Source: Psammoneis japonica
Taxonomy: Eukaryota
DNA: 64,000 bases
Direction: 5' to 3'
NCBI GenBank assembly: GCA_008632985.1
Contig: QPGO01000062.1
Span: 310,001 to 374,000, forward strand
Positions 35,110-48,500 of the stretch are shown here, in pieces (position 1 is the stretch's first letter; each line of letters starts with the position of its first letter). A model generated the notes under the pieces. The model was not told where the DNA came from. It saw nothing but the letters and a program-made list of their open reading frames with translations, and searched no databases. The translations under genes and the position numbers were made by a program.

Positions 35110-37230
35110 AACAGGCAACCTGCTCTTGCAGAATTGGTCGGCCAAGCCGTTTCATTTACCGCCCTTTTCCAACGATGAATCACAGCATTTCAAACCTGCC
35201 ATTTGGCAATCCATGAAGGAGCACCTGGACAATTCAGAGAGAACAAGTGATTTTGAAAGCGTTGTTGCAGCCTGCAGCCTGTGATCACGCCGGTGGACTC
35301 CTCATGGAGCAGGTGGGGTCGGTCTTTGGAAACATGTGGAGCTCCAAAAATGCGCTGGGTTTGCAAGAAATTCAACTTGAAATGTTGCCCATTCTCAGTC
35401 AACATTCAAGTGCATCCTGCACATCACCCAGTCTGTTTGACAAGATTGGCAAGGTTTGTCAAGAAAGGAACACTTTGGATCTGATGGATGAACAAGTGCA
35501 TCTCGTGGAGCACATTTGCATGGACTTTGTCCAAGCGGGTGGCGCCAATTTTAGCAAGCAAGACAAGAAGGAGCGTGCTAAAATCAAGGCCATGCTTGCA
35601 TCCTTGTGCACCAAGTTTCAACATTTTGTCATGAAGGAAGAGGCTGAGTGCAAAATGACTTCATTGCTGGACAACTTGCGCGGATGTCCACAGTCTCCGA
35701 TCAAGGCAGCACATCAGGTGGCCAAGGAACACATCAAGGAAGATGACAAGTGTGTGGTTGCTCTCTTGTGGAGAGCCACTCTTCTGACCTTTGCAGACTG
35801 ATGTGATTTGCACGAACAAGCCTTTGAAGAAAGGACGAAATGAGGTGAGATGCACCTGGATTGTGACAACATCAAGATTGCACAAGAGATTTGGAAGCTT
35901 CGTCAAGAACAGGTGAACTGTCGGTGCAATGATGTGACAGCCAAAACACCCTCCAATGTCATGGGGTTGTTGAAAAATGTCTGGGATTGCACAAACAAGG
36001 CTGCAGACAGGGAGCGCAAAGCATTGGAAGAGTGCTGTCATGAATCTGGAACAGAAGCAAAGGACGGGATTCAACCGTGGGATTGGAGATGCTGCATCAT
36101 GCCAAAAAGGTGCACAAGGCAAAGTGTGACTTTGACAAGTCATTGCTCAAGCCACATCCATCTTTGGAGAAAGTTGCGGAAGCCGTCATGGCAGTGTCAG
36201 GCAATCCATTTGGATTGAAGTGTGTCTCTTGACCCGACATTCAAGCCTGCCATCCGGATGTGGATGTTTTTGAAGTTCAAGAGACTCTGGCAAATGAGAC
36301 AGACAAGCTTGTTTCCCCATCTTCATCCATGACAATTGTGCCCAGCTTTGCAAATCAAGTGGAGCATGGATGAGCGAATGTCAAACTCAAACAAAAAATC
36401 TCGGAACAGACCTGGACTTGATTGATGGTGTTCCCATCCTTTCCAACAATGACAATTTTGCAAAAGGCAAGGCAGCGGTCCTTTCCTTTTACAACGTCCT
36501 GACCCTTTTCCATGAGATGGGTCACGGTCATCATGGGATGCTGTCCAACACAAGATGCAGATGCCTGGCATCCACAAATGTCTTGAGTTGTTTTGTGGAG
36601 CTGCCTTCTCAGCTCCTGGACAATTGGTTGGAACAACCCGAGGTGCTCAAAAAGTGCACCAGGCATTGTGAAATTGATGAACCAGCCCCAGACAAGTTGC
36701 ATTAAAACTCAAGGCTGCAAGTCATTTCAATGAAGGGTTTGTGACAATCGAGCACTTCGTGTGCACTCTTGGATGTGGAAATGCACCAGATTGAAAATCA
36801 TTCAGATTTTGACCTGACTGAGATTGAGGAAAATGTGCTTGAATGCTTGGGAATGCCACAAGGCATTGTGATGAGACAGTGAGTGATGCGTTGTGCAGTT
36901 TTTGGTTTGCTTTGAATGCTCAGTGTGCCGGCATCTTCTCAACATTGACCTTGCACTCTGCAACTTTGCAGCTGCCCTGCAAATTTCTAGCATCTCTTTC
37001 ACAGCTCTGTTGCACAGCTGGATGTTGCATCCATCTCCGGGCCAATGTTCTTGCTGATGATGCATTTGGAGCATTCACAGAGTCAGGTGACTTGTTCAGC
37101 AAGGAGATGGCTAAGATGGTCTGACAACACATTCATTCTTCTGGCAACACGGTTGCACCAGCCGAATTTTTTGTCGCTTCCAAGGACATGAACCTGAGAC
37201 TCAGTTTGTCCTTGAGAAGAAGGGACTGTT
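35110..37230 (+). pseudogene. M3A metallopeptidase (Dcp/oligopeptidase A-like) pseudogene
   Basis: LFHEMGHGHHGMLS (HExxH), FVELPSQL, IQPWDWRCC (PWDWRYY) and AGCCIHL..VLADDAFGAF (AGYY.Y.WAEVLDADAF). Many stops and frameshifts. Confidence 0.9.
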
Positions 37231-40200
37231 GCAGTGCACAATGCCTTAAATCAGGACACACAGGTGTGTCACTTGCAGGTGGCATCTGCATCATGGTTGA
37301 CAGTGGTTGCGCGTTGAACTTGTTTCCTGTGACATGTGCTGTCGATGTGCTGAACCCATGGCAGGGGATGACAACTGGACTTCTTTTGTGTGTGCATCAT
37401 GTTTGAAACATCTGGCAGTCAAAAAATGGCTTTTTGCTCTGAGGCTTGATGCTCTGCCTCTTGACATTTTGTCTAGATCCTCCACCCATTCATTGTCATC
37501 ATCTTCTGACTGTGCCGATGGAGATCAAATTCTGCATCAGCCATCACAATGGCTTTGCACTCATCCACTGCACAGCCCATCCTTGGAGAGCCATTGCTGG
37601 CCAAATGTGATGACTCGCTGGTCAGCCAGCCCAAACAGAGTCCAATTCATTGTCAGCACAAGTCCAGAGGGAGGACAGGTTGACAGTTTGGCTGCAGAAT
37701 GTGCTGATGCTGAGATGTTGCCAGTTGACTCTTCCAACACTGAGTCCAAATTGTTGTCAGCCACAAGTCCAGAAGGAACAGAGGTCAACAAGACATTGCC
37801 AGTTGACTCATCCAGCACTGAGTCCAAACAGTTGTCAGCCACAAGTCCTCCAGAAGGAACAGGGGTCAACAACCAGTCAGAGGCAGAACATGCCAACTCT
37901 GACCCATCGCCAGCTGCATCACTGTGTCAATGTCATGGAGAGACTTTTGTCTGGATTTCTCCATGGCAACTCTGGTTGCTGGAAGCTCCATGTGCAGGGC
38001 AGAATCATCATCAACACAGTCCACTGTTTGACACTCAGTTTGGCCACACCCTTTGCACAGGCAATGACCAGATGGAGAGAGAGAGAGCAAAAAAATTTTG
38101 ACCTGACAAAGGATCACAGAACAAATGATCAAACATGTTGGCACAATGATTGCACTTGGACTTGCACAGCTGTGATGCTCCATTCTGTTTCTCCCAAGAT
38201 GCTCAATCCCAGTCTCTGATGTGATGCATTCATCTGCTGGAGGCTGTTCTTCCGGCTTGACATGCATCAATTGTTCCACAACTCCAGAATTGAAAACTGG
38301 GTGCACTGTGTCATTCAGATGAGGATGGTCCTGCAAAACTGCAGTGGTTGGTGCTGGACATTGCAGCACTGACATGAGACAAATTTTGACAAAATCTGCA
38401 CCCCATTTTGCCCAAAAATCACAGGCAGCCTTGTCATCTGCCCCACCTGTGTGTTGCCAAACAACACACCAAACTCCTTCATCATCAATTGATGGAAGAG
38501 CACAAATGTGTCCATGCCTTCACAACAGAGGTTGTGCAAATGCTTGTCCCCAACACAGCAGAAATGGTGGTGGCCAGTGGGATGACCAGCCGGGATGGAA
38601 ACAATGTTGTTCTTGAATCAGCAAAGCACTGTGACTGGAGCTGACAAGTGAAAGTCTCTCACTGAGAAAGCCAGGATCTTTGAATGGTCCACGCGCACTT
38701 TGGAGAGTCCAGCAGCGCTGCTGCTGCCTGTTGCTGCATGTTTCCACAGCCTGCTGTCATCCAGCAAGAAATGCTTGAATGCATTTGCAGAGAGTGGTGC
38801 ACCATCAGGATGGGGGGGAGAGTGATTGCCATGCTGCAGGTCAAAGTCTTGAAGTTCAAAGTCTGGCTGAGCTTGATTGTGGTGCATCTGAGTCAGCATT
38901 GGCTGCACATCAGACTCATCATCACAGCATGGACTGATGGCATGAGCAGATGTCTTCCCATGTTGATGCCAGGTGCAGTTGTTGGTGTTTGGCAACCCTC
39001 ACAGAATCAACTGCAAGAGATGCACAACCCCAGAGCATCATGCAGTCCTTGCATGTGAAGTGGAGGCAAGCCTTTTCATCACCTGAAGAACCTTTCAAAT
39101 GCTCCTTGCACCATGTCAACCAGTTGAAGTGTGGCAGGTTGTTCACATCTGAATGGAGTCCAGGGTGTCCATGACCACAGCCTTGATCTTGGCAGACTTG
39201 CAATGAATCAAGACCACAAGTGGCCATGGGCGCAGTTGACTTGGTGGAGCCAGGCTCCTTTGGATGACACTTTTTCTGTCCAGCACAACCAAACTTGATC
39301 CTTCTTCTGTCTCCAGAATGAACTGCAACCAATCTGTTGCACTTGAGATTGGGCTTGCCCTTCAACAAAATGAACAGCAAGAGGGTGGGCAGGCATGCAT
39401 GCAGACCACCAAAGTGAGCCTTGCACAATGCATTTGCTTGTGTGGCAACAGAAAGTTCCTCTGAGCAGTGACCCAGGTGAGGAGGGTGATCTGCTCAGAC
39501 ACAGGGAGCCCGCGGTGGGGTTGCCCAATGTGGTTTTGTTGGAAAACTTTTGTGCCAGTTTTGCCTCAAGAAGTTGTCTACAAGGTGAAAGTCAACAGCT
39601 GAGTGGTGCAAAGCACACTCCACACAAAGTCAAGGAAAGGGGAAACCGCTGCATTCCTGTGCCCTCTGATGTTTTTTGCCAAACAAGCGGCTGTGTGAGG
39701 ATTGGCGCTCATGTCAAGAACCGTCAGCACCATGGCACACACCCCCACATGAGCAAAGTGCAAGCTTTCTGCTCTTTTCCCACATTTTAAGTGTGTGCCC
39801 TTTAAATTTGCTGCTCTTCAGCAATGTCCAGAAACAAAGTGGAGACTGAAGGCCGGGAGACTTTTGTGACAAAGTGTGGCATGGCAGCAGATGTCAACCA
39901 AGTGCTCATGGCATTTTTCCAACAAGACGTGGCATTCCCTGTCCTTCAACAAATTGGCATTGACTCATGCCACCATCCAGAAGCAATCTGCTCTGTTGAG
40001 ACACTTCTGCATCAAATGCAGCAACACCTGCTGCAAAGGTGCAACCAGGACAAAAGGAGGCAATGCAGCAACACAAAGTTGGACATGCAAATCCCTGCTT
40101 GAAGGTGGCGATGCACTGTCACTGAAGATCAGCTGCACAGACACCTGACCCAGTGTCTGAGGTGACAACCTTGAGTTCATGACAATCTTCACAACACAGC

Positions 40201-40500
40201 ATCTGCGTGTGATCTCGGACTCATTTCTGTTGTTGTTGTTGTTGTTGTGCTGCTGCTGCTCCTGCTGCTGCTGTTGTTGTTGAGCAGCCACAACTCCCGA
40301 CTCAAAGCAAAGAACATGACACAATGCACTTTGTTGATGGGTTTTGTCAATGTTGTCGTTTGTTGCATTGTCCATCTCAATTTCTTTGCTCATGACTTCC
40401 AATCATGAGTCACGAATCTTTGATTTAAACAACAACAGAGTTTTGCACTTTGATGCCCCGCTGGAGAACTTCAAGATCCACAAAATGCACAAGATGAGAG
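37230..40500. other. Unclassified decayed block depleted of TpA and CpG
   Basis: Called on composition only. No domain recognised. (TGT)n/(TGC)n tract at 40228-40281. Confidence 0.5.
37718..37872. repeat. Two-copy 78-bp tandem repeat
   Basis: TTGCCAGTTGACTC...GTCAACAA starts at 37718 and again at 37796. Confidence 0.9.
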
Positions 40501-40899
40501 TGTTGTCCCTTCCAATCAGAATGACACTAGATTGCTTCTATCTTCACTTTTTCTTGGCTTGTTTATGGACAAACTTCGCGTGCAGCACTCGAGACCCAAC
40601 TGGCCATTGCGCAACACAGTCAGCGAGGAGAAAGCCAATGCCGAATTGCTCGCCAACACCCCCGTTCATCCAGACTACCTTATCAGCTTTCCGCCCGACA
40701 TCTCTTCCCCCAAACAAACCAAGTCTCCATATAGACATAACAGAATCCATGACAAAAGAGGAAGGTAGGATTGAAATGAATCGCGGCGAGCTTCTCATAT
40801 TTGGGAGGGGAAAGAAATATTCGGCTGTGGAGGAATTCCAAGCAGTGAAAAGCAAAGGTTGTGGACTCTCTCCAGTTGCATCAAAATATTTCAGGAAAT

Positions 40900-41600
40900 G
40901 ATGATGGAGAGCCGGTTCTTGACGATTCTGTCCCCGGCATCTCCTAATGAAATCACCAGAATCGCCGGATACAATCTTGCGTGTAGATTCACTTTCTCGT
41001 TCCTTCGCTGTTGTAAATCCGCAAAAGGGAAGAATCTTACCCTCCGGCAGGCTACTTCTTTGCTCAAACTTTTCCGTTGCACACAAGTAATTTAGTCAGT
41101 CCTTGCGTCAAGCTACAATTCATCGTGCCCACCGTTTTCTAAACCATTGCAAATGAAAATGGAGAGCCTGTCCTTGAAGATATTCTGTCCGGCACGTCCT
41201 GATGTAATCACCAGAGCATCGCCAGATACGATCTGGCGCGTAGATTCGGTTTCTCTTGTTCTTCCGCTGTCGCAAAAGGCACAGGTCCACCAGACGGAAG
41301 AATTCCCCTCTGGTGGTTTATTTGCTCAAACCTTTCGATTGCCAATGAAAAAAAAATGGAGAGCCTGGCCTTGACGATTCGGTTCCCGTACATCCTTATG
41401 AAAAATCACCAGATAAATCGCCAGACCCAGTCTTTCAGGTCAATTCGCTTTCTCTTGTTCTTGCGCTGTCGCGAATCTGCTGAGAGAAGAATCTCCCCTC
41501 TGACAGGCTATTTTTCAAAGGTTTCTGTTGTACACACAAGTAATTTAATCTTGTGTATATCAAGCTACAATTCATCGTGCCCACCACCGTTTTCCAAATT
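40900..41600. repeat. Three diverged tandem units of about 200-255 bp overlapping the 3' end of the SET gene
   Basis: ATGGAGAGCC..TTGA.GAT...AATCACCAGA..ATCGCC recurs near 40903, 41159 and 41356. CAAGCTACAATTCATCGTGCCCACC occurs at 41109 and 41561. Confidence 0.8.
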
Positions 41601-42818
41601 CTCAAGTACATTCGAAAAGACTCGTGTCAAGAAATCATTGTGTTGACGAATCAAAGCCATATTGTCTCCCTTGGTTGTTTCCATTTTTTGTCGCAATGCC
41701 TTTAACTCTTGTAATTGTTGAATGACGTGGTTTTGAAGAACATCCAGAGTAAACTTTTTGTACTTGTCGTGTTGTTCCTTGGTATAGTTGGGTGTCGGCT
41801 GCCCGGGCGGTGGCTGCAGGAGAGCGTACAAGACGGCGTCCCATACAATTTTGGGAATGGACCCATCGGCTCCAAAGACCATTTCGGGAACCTTGGCCGA
41901 AAAGGGATTGTCGGGATAGGCCACATGCGACCAAACGTACGGCATGTCGGGAACAAAACCAAAAATGGCCAAAAAGCGATGCGGATTGCTCGGTTGACCA
42001 TAGGTAATGTACAAGTCTCTATTGTTTTTGTTGTCTGCATCACCCTTGTATACAAAATTGACGGATCCGTCATTGTTGCTGTGTGTAATGGCCACGTTGG
42101 GAGGCTCGCGGTGATTAAACATGTCACCGACTGGAACTAATTCCGTGTTGGATGTTTGGTCTTGTTCTTCTTCAAGTGGTTCCGTCTTCCAAAATCGACT
42201 CCCCACGGCATGAAAGGCCCAATGCAACCGTTCCGTATCGGCCGAATCATTTTCGTCGTAGTCTCCCAATTCAGCCGCGGCTTGGCAAAAGGCTTGGGAT
42301 TTCTTTTTTTGATATTCGGCAGCGTATTTTGCATAAAAGGGAAGACACTGAATTTCGTCGTTGGAAAAATCTGGAAACTTGGTTGGCATGCCTTGAATCC
42401 ATGGTGCCCACTTGCTGGAGTTGCCATCCTTGCTACAACGCAGTAGTTTGATAAAAATCAAGAACCCATCCTCGTGTAGACGAAAATCACCAAGCTTGTC
42501 CAAGGCTTGTTTCAATTTTGCCTTTTTGTCACTGTTTTTGTAATATTCCTCTCGAATACAATTGGCATCCAAGACAAGGTCTTTTGGTACTTGTAACAGA
42601 GTCGTACCGGGTGATACCGGTTCCGAGAGTTCCAAACCCCAATTCGTATTGTCGTCGTCGTCATTGTTGTATTGTTTCCATTGCAAGTTCTTGTGCATGA
42701 CAATGCCCTGTTGCTTGGCCCATTTGGTCATGGCAAACACATCTCGTGACGAAGAAACAAGTGGGGTGGTGGCTGCAACAATGACAGCGGACACAAGGAG
42801 TGAAACGACGTGTTGCAT
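41565..42818 (-). CDS. SET-domain (Rubisco LSMT/SETD3-like) methyltransferase with signal peptide and HDEL
   Basis: MQHVVSLLVSAVIVAA signal, motifs LLQVP, WAFHAVGSR, LVPVGDMFNH and LYITYG, and C-terminal HDEL. Confidence 0.85.
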   Translation of the reverse strand: MQHVVSLLVSAVIVAATTPLVSSSRDVFAMTKWAKQQGIVMHKNLQWKQYNNDDDDNTNWGLELSEPVSPGTTLLQVPKDLVLDANCIREEYYKNSDKKAKLKQALDKLGDFRLHEDGFLIFIKLLRCSKDGNSSKWAPWIQGMPTKFPDFSNDEIQCLPFYAKYAAEYQKKKSQAFCQAAAELGDYDENDSADTERLHWAFHAVGSRFWKTEPLEEEQDQTSNTELVPVGDMFNHREPPNVAITHSNNDGSVNFVYKGDADNKNNRDLYITYGQPSNPHRFLAIFGFVPDMPYVWSHVAYPDNPFSAKVPEMVFGADGSIPKIVWDAVLYALLQPPPGQPTPNYTKEQHDKYKKFTLDVLQNHVIQQLQELKALRQKMETTKGDNMALIRQHNDFLTRVFSNVLENLENGGGHDEL

Positions 42819-43302
42819 GTTGTCTAATGTGTTCAAATGATGGGAAAGGGTATTGGGATAGTAGTGGGTGTTACCGGTATGTTCCTCGTCGTTTGATTGA
42901 TGGCACGCACGTTGAAGTGTTGCGGGATCGGCAGGGATTGGCGGCGGATCCTTTACGCGCGTGAAAGCGCGCGGCTTTTCCCGCCAGGCAGTGCGTAGTG
43001 CCCATGATGTCATGCGTCTGCCCGCCGTCAGTCCCAGTCATTCGTGCGAAATCATGACGTCAGCCTGAATTTTCTGCCAGCCCAACGCACAGGACCACAC
43101 GCGAACGAACACAACAACGATCGAGCGAACAGAACGCACCGCAGTCGTCATTGTCGGATTGAGCTTTGGTGTTACCTTCCACTCTCTCGAGCTTGTGTTG
43201 TTTTTGCGTTTGTTATATACCGAAGCTTCTTTGTGCACTGATCTACTTTTGTGATCATCTACATTCCTTACAGTATAGCACAATCAAACACATCCATCAA
43301 CC

Positions 43303-44700
43303 ATGTCATATTCTGTCGATTCTGCTGCACGCCGCCGTGCCACTATTGCTCGGGCCGACTCGAACCAACACATGTCCGGCGATAACAACAAGAATGATTT
43401 GTTGGCAACACTCTTGGTGACGGTGATTGAATTGGGAGTCATTTCGGTGGGTACGTATTATTTTAGTAAATGGATTAGTGAAAAGATGCAACAAGCACAG
43501 CTGGGAGGACGACGTAGCGGTGAGTCCGAATCGACTATAAAAAATCGACTCGAAGAAATTCTGTACAAACGCAATGTGGCGTTAATGGGAAAAGATGAGG
43601 CCGAAGAAGAAGAGTTGTTGCCACCGTTGAATGATATGAAATTTCCATTGCCGAAGACGTGGTGGATCCAGCGAGTATGGAAATACGTTTGCCAACGTGG
43701 GTGGTATGGATGAGATTAAAAAGGAATTGTGGGAATTGGCCGTGTTGCCATTGTTGCGTCCCGATTTGTTTGCTTGTACGTCTCCACTGGTCCGACCGAC
43801 ACGAGGAATTTTATTGTATGGCAAACCCGGAACAGGCAAGACGCTTCTGGCCAAGGCCATGGCCAAGGAAGCCAAGGCGGTCTTTATTGCCGTGAAGCTT
43901 TCGAAAATTATGGACAAGTGGTTTGGGGAATCCAACAAACTCATTGCGGCAACCTTTTCTCTTGCGGAAAAATTAGCGCCATCGGTCGTGTTTATTGATG
44001 AGATTGATACCTTTTTGAATCCACGTGATGGACTCGAGGGAAGTGCGAGTGGAGCAATTAAATCTGAATTTTTGACGCTCTGGGATGGACTCGCGACGGA
44101 TCAAACCAAACCCGTACTCGTCTTGGGAGCGACCAATCGGCCTCATAATGTCGATCCTGCCATTTTACGACGATTGCCTCGAGCCTTTTGTATCGGATTA
44201 CCCAATGCCGAGGACGTTTCGATATTTTGAAACTCTTGCTCAAGGATTCGGAACTCACACAAGACGCAATCGACTTTTTGCCGTCATTGGCAAACGTAAC
44301 GAGAGGCTATTCGGGAAGTGATTTGAAGGAATTGTGTCGTGCCGCCGCCATGGAACCCATTCGACAAGTCATGTCGGAAACCTCTCGTCGTGCCGTCATG
44401 GGAGAGGGAGACAACATGGATGATTCCACAGTTGGACCACCCAAGGGACAACGGATGCGGCCTCTTGATAAAGAAGATTTTGTAAAGGGACTGGAAAAAG
44501 TCAAGCGTACCGGACAAGCAGCGTATTCCTATGGAGAAGAGACAGAAGGGTCGTCTACTCCCACGGAGAATGCTACTGTAGATCCCAACGAAATGGCAAG
44601 GCAAATGAATGCATTCATGAGGCTCCTATCCAACATTAGTGACCAGAATGCTCCTGGGAGCAACGAGAGCGATGACAGTGACGACATGCCAACCATGTAG
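43303..44700 (+). CDS. ATAD1: Msp1/ATAD1-like membrane-anchored AAA+ ATPase with three 1-nt frameshifts
   Basis: N-terminal [43 protein letters not shown] and [11 protein letters not shown]. Breaks near 43635, 43690 and 44212. Confidence 0.85.
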
Positions 44701-45548
44701 AAATGTTTTAACGAAAAATAAAAGGTGTTGATTTTGTATTCACTACGACTAGAGTTGTTTGGTTGAGTGGTGCGTTCTCCTGGAAACAAGAGGCCCAAAT
44801 ACGACAATGATCAAATCTCTCCTGGGTCGGACATAACCGATGAGTCTGCATCTGCCTGTAAAAGCTATGCTGATAAGAGAGATACATTTATGTTACAACT
44901 GCAGCATAGGTGCAACATGTTTTCACCTCCCAGAAGCAGTCAAGGGTTGCGGCTTTTCTTTGTTTTGTTGATGGTTACGGATGAGTCATTCAAGTCTTTC
45001 TCGACTCGCGGGGACCGAATGAATCTGGACGTAACGCACGAGAGTTGATTCCAGGTCGTGTAATGGTGACAATAGAGATTGGTTTGCCGATTGGTTATGC
45101 CAATGCCATTCTACTAGCCGTTATTTGCCAAGAATTCAACGGAGCCGGTAGAATTCATTCGTCTATAGCTAGCTAGCTCTCTAGCCCAGTGGCAAGAACA
45201 CCGGTAGCACTCTCTATTCTCTAGAGAGTAGTGGTTGCTTGTTTCGAATAAGAAATATATCTTTATCGTAGTAGACTAGACTACACGGTATGAAATACAT
45301 ACTGCCAGAAATTGGTTCGGCAAGAAAGCCTACCGGTACATCCAATTCATCTAAAATTCACATCAGAGCGCCAACCGCCAACCAACAACCAAAGAAAGTT
45401 CACAACTTGGGCTCTGCAACATCCACTTCAATAAATTATCCCAAATGAAATCATAAGAAAAAAGAAATGTAAGTGAAAAGTGATGGAAGGATCCAACCCG
45501 TGCTTAACGGTGAGAGGCCAAGAGTAGTTTGCTCTCGAAGAGCACCTT

Positions 45549-48500
45549 TTAAATAGGAAGCCCAACGACTTCGCGAAAACCAGGCCATTCCCCTGGAGTC
45601 CACGTCAGATTCCTCCCGCGATCTACATAAAGATCCTCTGGACCGAGGATCCAATCAGTTTCCAAGTTCTGATGTGTTGAGCCAGGACGAAAGCGATACA
45701 GTACTCCGTACCGCCTTGTGAAAGGTTTTCCGTCTTCAAACACTCCCGGAATCACTTGCTTCTCTCCTCTTCCCTGGGATGACGTCGAGACAAAGATCTC
45801 TCCATTGTAGCGAACAGCACCCTGCATAAAGTGCTCCCCGGTTTTCCATGCAGCGCTGGACCACAACTCGCCGGATACAAACTCGAGGAACCCATCTTTG
45901 TTTGGGTGAATGTCCCAAACGGCAACACGGCCGTAATCTTTTTTTCGGTTTTCAGCAGTCACAAGAGCAGGTGGATCAGACGAGCGGTCGAGGGCCATAG
46001 AGTTGAACTTAAAAGAACATGACCTGGGCAGCAGTTGAAAACGCGCAACTTCAAGCACCGCATACTTGTGTCTCCAAACAATAGACTCGGCTTTGGGCAA
46101 TTTGATGATGGATTTCAGATCAAACACGCGAAAGCCGAGTCCTGTGTCACCACCAAATCTTTCCTGAACGTCAGCTGCGTAAAGATAGTTCCCTATCCAA
46201 ACAATTCCGCCAGCATGGAAGGATTCTCCGTTTTCATGTTCGACTTCAAACTCAGGATTCCACACGGATCCAGTAGGGTTCAGAAGGAGCAGGTGTCGAT
46301 AGCTGATGTTGCTAAGATCTGTGGTGTCTACCAAGGAGACGCGGGCACCCCAACCGCCTTCTTTGTCGCATGAACTTATGATCATTGCCTCGCGATTTTC
46401 GCCAAGCGCCGTTCCGTCATCCGTAGCATCCCACGTGCCGGTGATACCCTGCGGATACCAGCGGAGACTTTCAAGGTCTTCTTGATTGAGCCGAAAGCCC
46501 TTGAAATCGCTTGTGTTTAAATGCCGCTTTGTCTCATTACTGATTCCTTTAACGCCCATTCTGTTAAGGTCGCTAAGCACATCGACTAAGTCAACTTTGC
46601 CATATTTGGCAACCAAAGCTTTCACCAGGTCACGCTTGTCTTCCGCCCCCGGCATTGGGGCTCTCATCCCTGGGATAAACTCATTGAAGTAGGTTGAATA
46701 AAAACCAAACAGAGGAGAAACCTTTTCATGATAGTGCTTCTTTGCGACTTCTACCTTGTCAACACATGGCAGTTCTTTGGGGATTCCGGACATGGGGATT
46801 CCAAGAACGTCGCGATTACCAGGATGTTGTGCGGCGGTCCAGATCATGTGTGGGTCACCCCGCGTGATGTAGAGGTCTCCGGCTCCATATGCCCAAGCTG
46901 TTATTGTACTTTCTGTATAGCCGACGTTGGTCCTGTAGATTCGGCCAAACTTTTTTGACGTATTTATACTCGTCGTAATTTGACTTGATGACGAGATATA
47001 AAACATGCCGTCGTAGCGAGCGGCGCCTTGCATCTTGTTATGACCCCCAACATACGCTGCTTTGGGGCGGATTGATCCTGATGCAGGAACATCTACAAGG
47101 AGGCCAGTGTCAGGGTCAAGGTCCCACACTAGGATACGCCCGCCGTCAGAGCTGCTCTCGTACTCTCCGGTACTAGAGCTGGTGGGTCGGATGAGCGGTC
47201 AAGGGTAACGAAACTAAATTTGGCTTTGCACGATTTGTCGACCAGCTTATATCGTCTGATCTCTGGTACAATAAATGCATAACCATGAGCACTGAATTTT
47301 TCCGACGAGACTCCAATCGAAGTTGTGTTATCCGTTTCGTGCACGCTCATGATCGAAGATAAGTCAAAGACTCGAAAGCCTCCCACGTATCGGCCACGTA
47401 CAAGAATCTTTAAACCAAACAATATCGCCGGCGCGTAAGGCTCCTTTCTCATCGCCTGGCTTCTCAGTCCACACCGGGCGGTAGTTCGGTCCGTTTCCTG
47501 TATCGTACGGCTCCACCAACAGCAAGTGACGGTAGCTCATACTAGTAGTAATGTATTGGAAAGAGTGCCCATGAGAGAGATGCGAACGCCTTTAGTCGTT
47601 GTGGAGTCCGTCTTGTGATACCAGCTGACGAGCAGTGCTTCTCTCAACGTGCTGCTAACGCTACCATCAGCGGCAGCGTCCCAACTACCTGTGATGCCCT
47701 GAGGATCCCAGTAATCAACGTTTTCGTCTCTGCTGTCAAACCGGAACCCCTTATAATTGTGCTTCTTCATACGCTCACTGTTGTCCTCACTGATTCCGGA
47801 TCTGCCAATGCGATTGAGGTGATCAGAAAGGATCATTTCCACGGTATATGTCCCTTTCGATTGCGTCTTCAATTCGTCGATAAGCTTCTGACGGGCTCCA
47901 ATTTCAGCATTGCTTCCAGTTGACATGGCAAAAGGACAAGGATCAACTTCTTGAAAAGAAGTGTTAGTGCCTGGTGGAGCCATGGTTCTGTTACATGATA
48001 ATGGAAGTGATTCACATTCCCCCATTGGTGGCTCTGCCACGGTCTCCTCTATGAGAGGTGGTTCAGTCGTAGTTTCCTCAATGAGAGGTGGCTCTGTCAT
48101 ACTTTCCGCTATGAGAGGCGGCTCCGTTTCGCCCTCCTCCCCGGTCTCCTCTACCACAGGGGGCTCTGTCACGGTCTCCTGTGCTTGAGCCCGTTGGTTA
48201 TCAGGCGTCTTGTCGTCATCTTGCGAGAGCCCTACGCCGAGTCCAATGGCGAGTCCAACAATCGTGAGAAGCGCCAACAGAATCAGCACCTTTCGCTTCC
48301 CCGACCAAAAGGGAGGGGGGGGCTGCTCATTAGTTCCCTTTCCCTTTGGAGAGTCTTTGGGATCAGGAGCAGATTCGGGAGGAGCTTCTGATCCTTGTTC
48401 CACATCCACCTTTTGGTCCTCAGAGGCGGCCAGCGTTCCCTTTGGAGAGCCTGTGGGATCATCAGGAGCAGTTTCGGTTGGGGCTTCTGGTCCCTGTTCC

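Noticed and set aside
19200..40500. Dense overlapping Cys/His-rich ORFs in all six frames (also at 55.9-64 kb)
   Set aside because: They are a by-product of TpA loss, which removes TAA/TAG stops and Tyr codons. They are not novel Cys-rich or metal-binding proteins.
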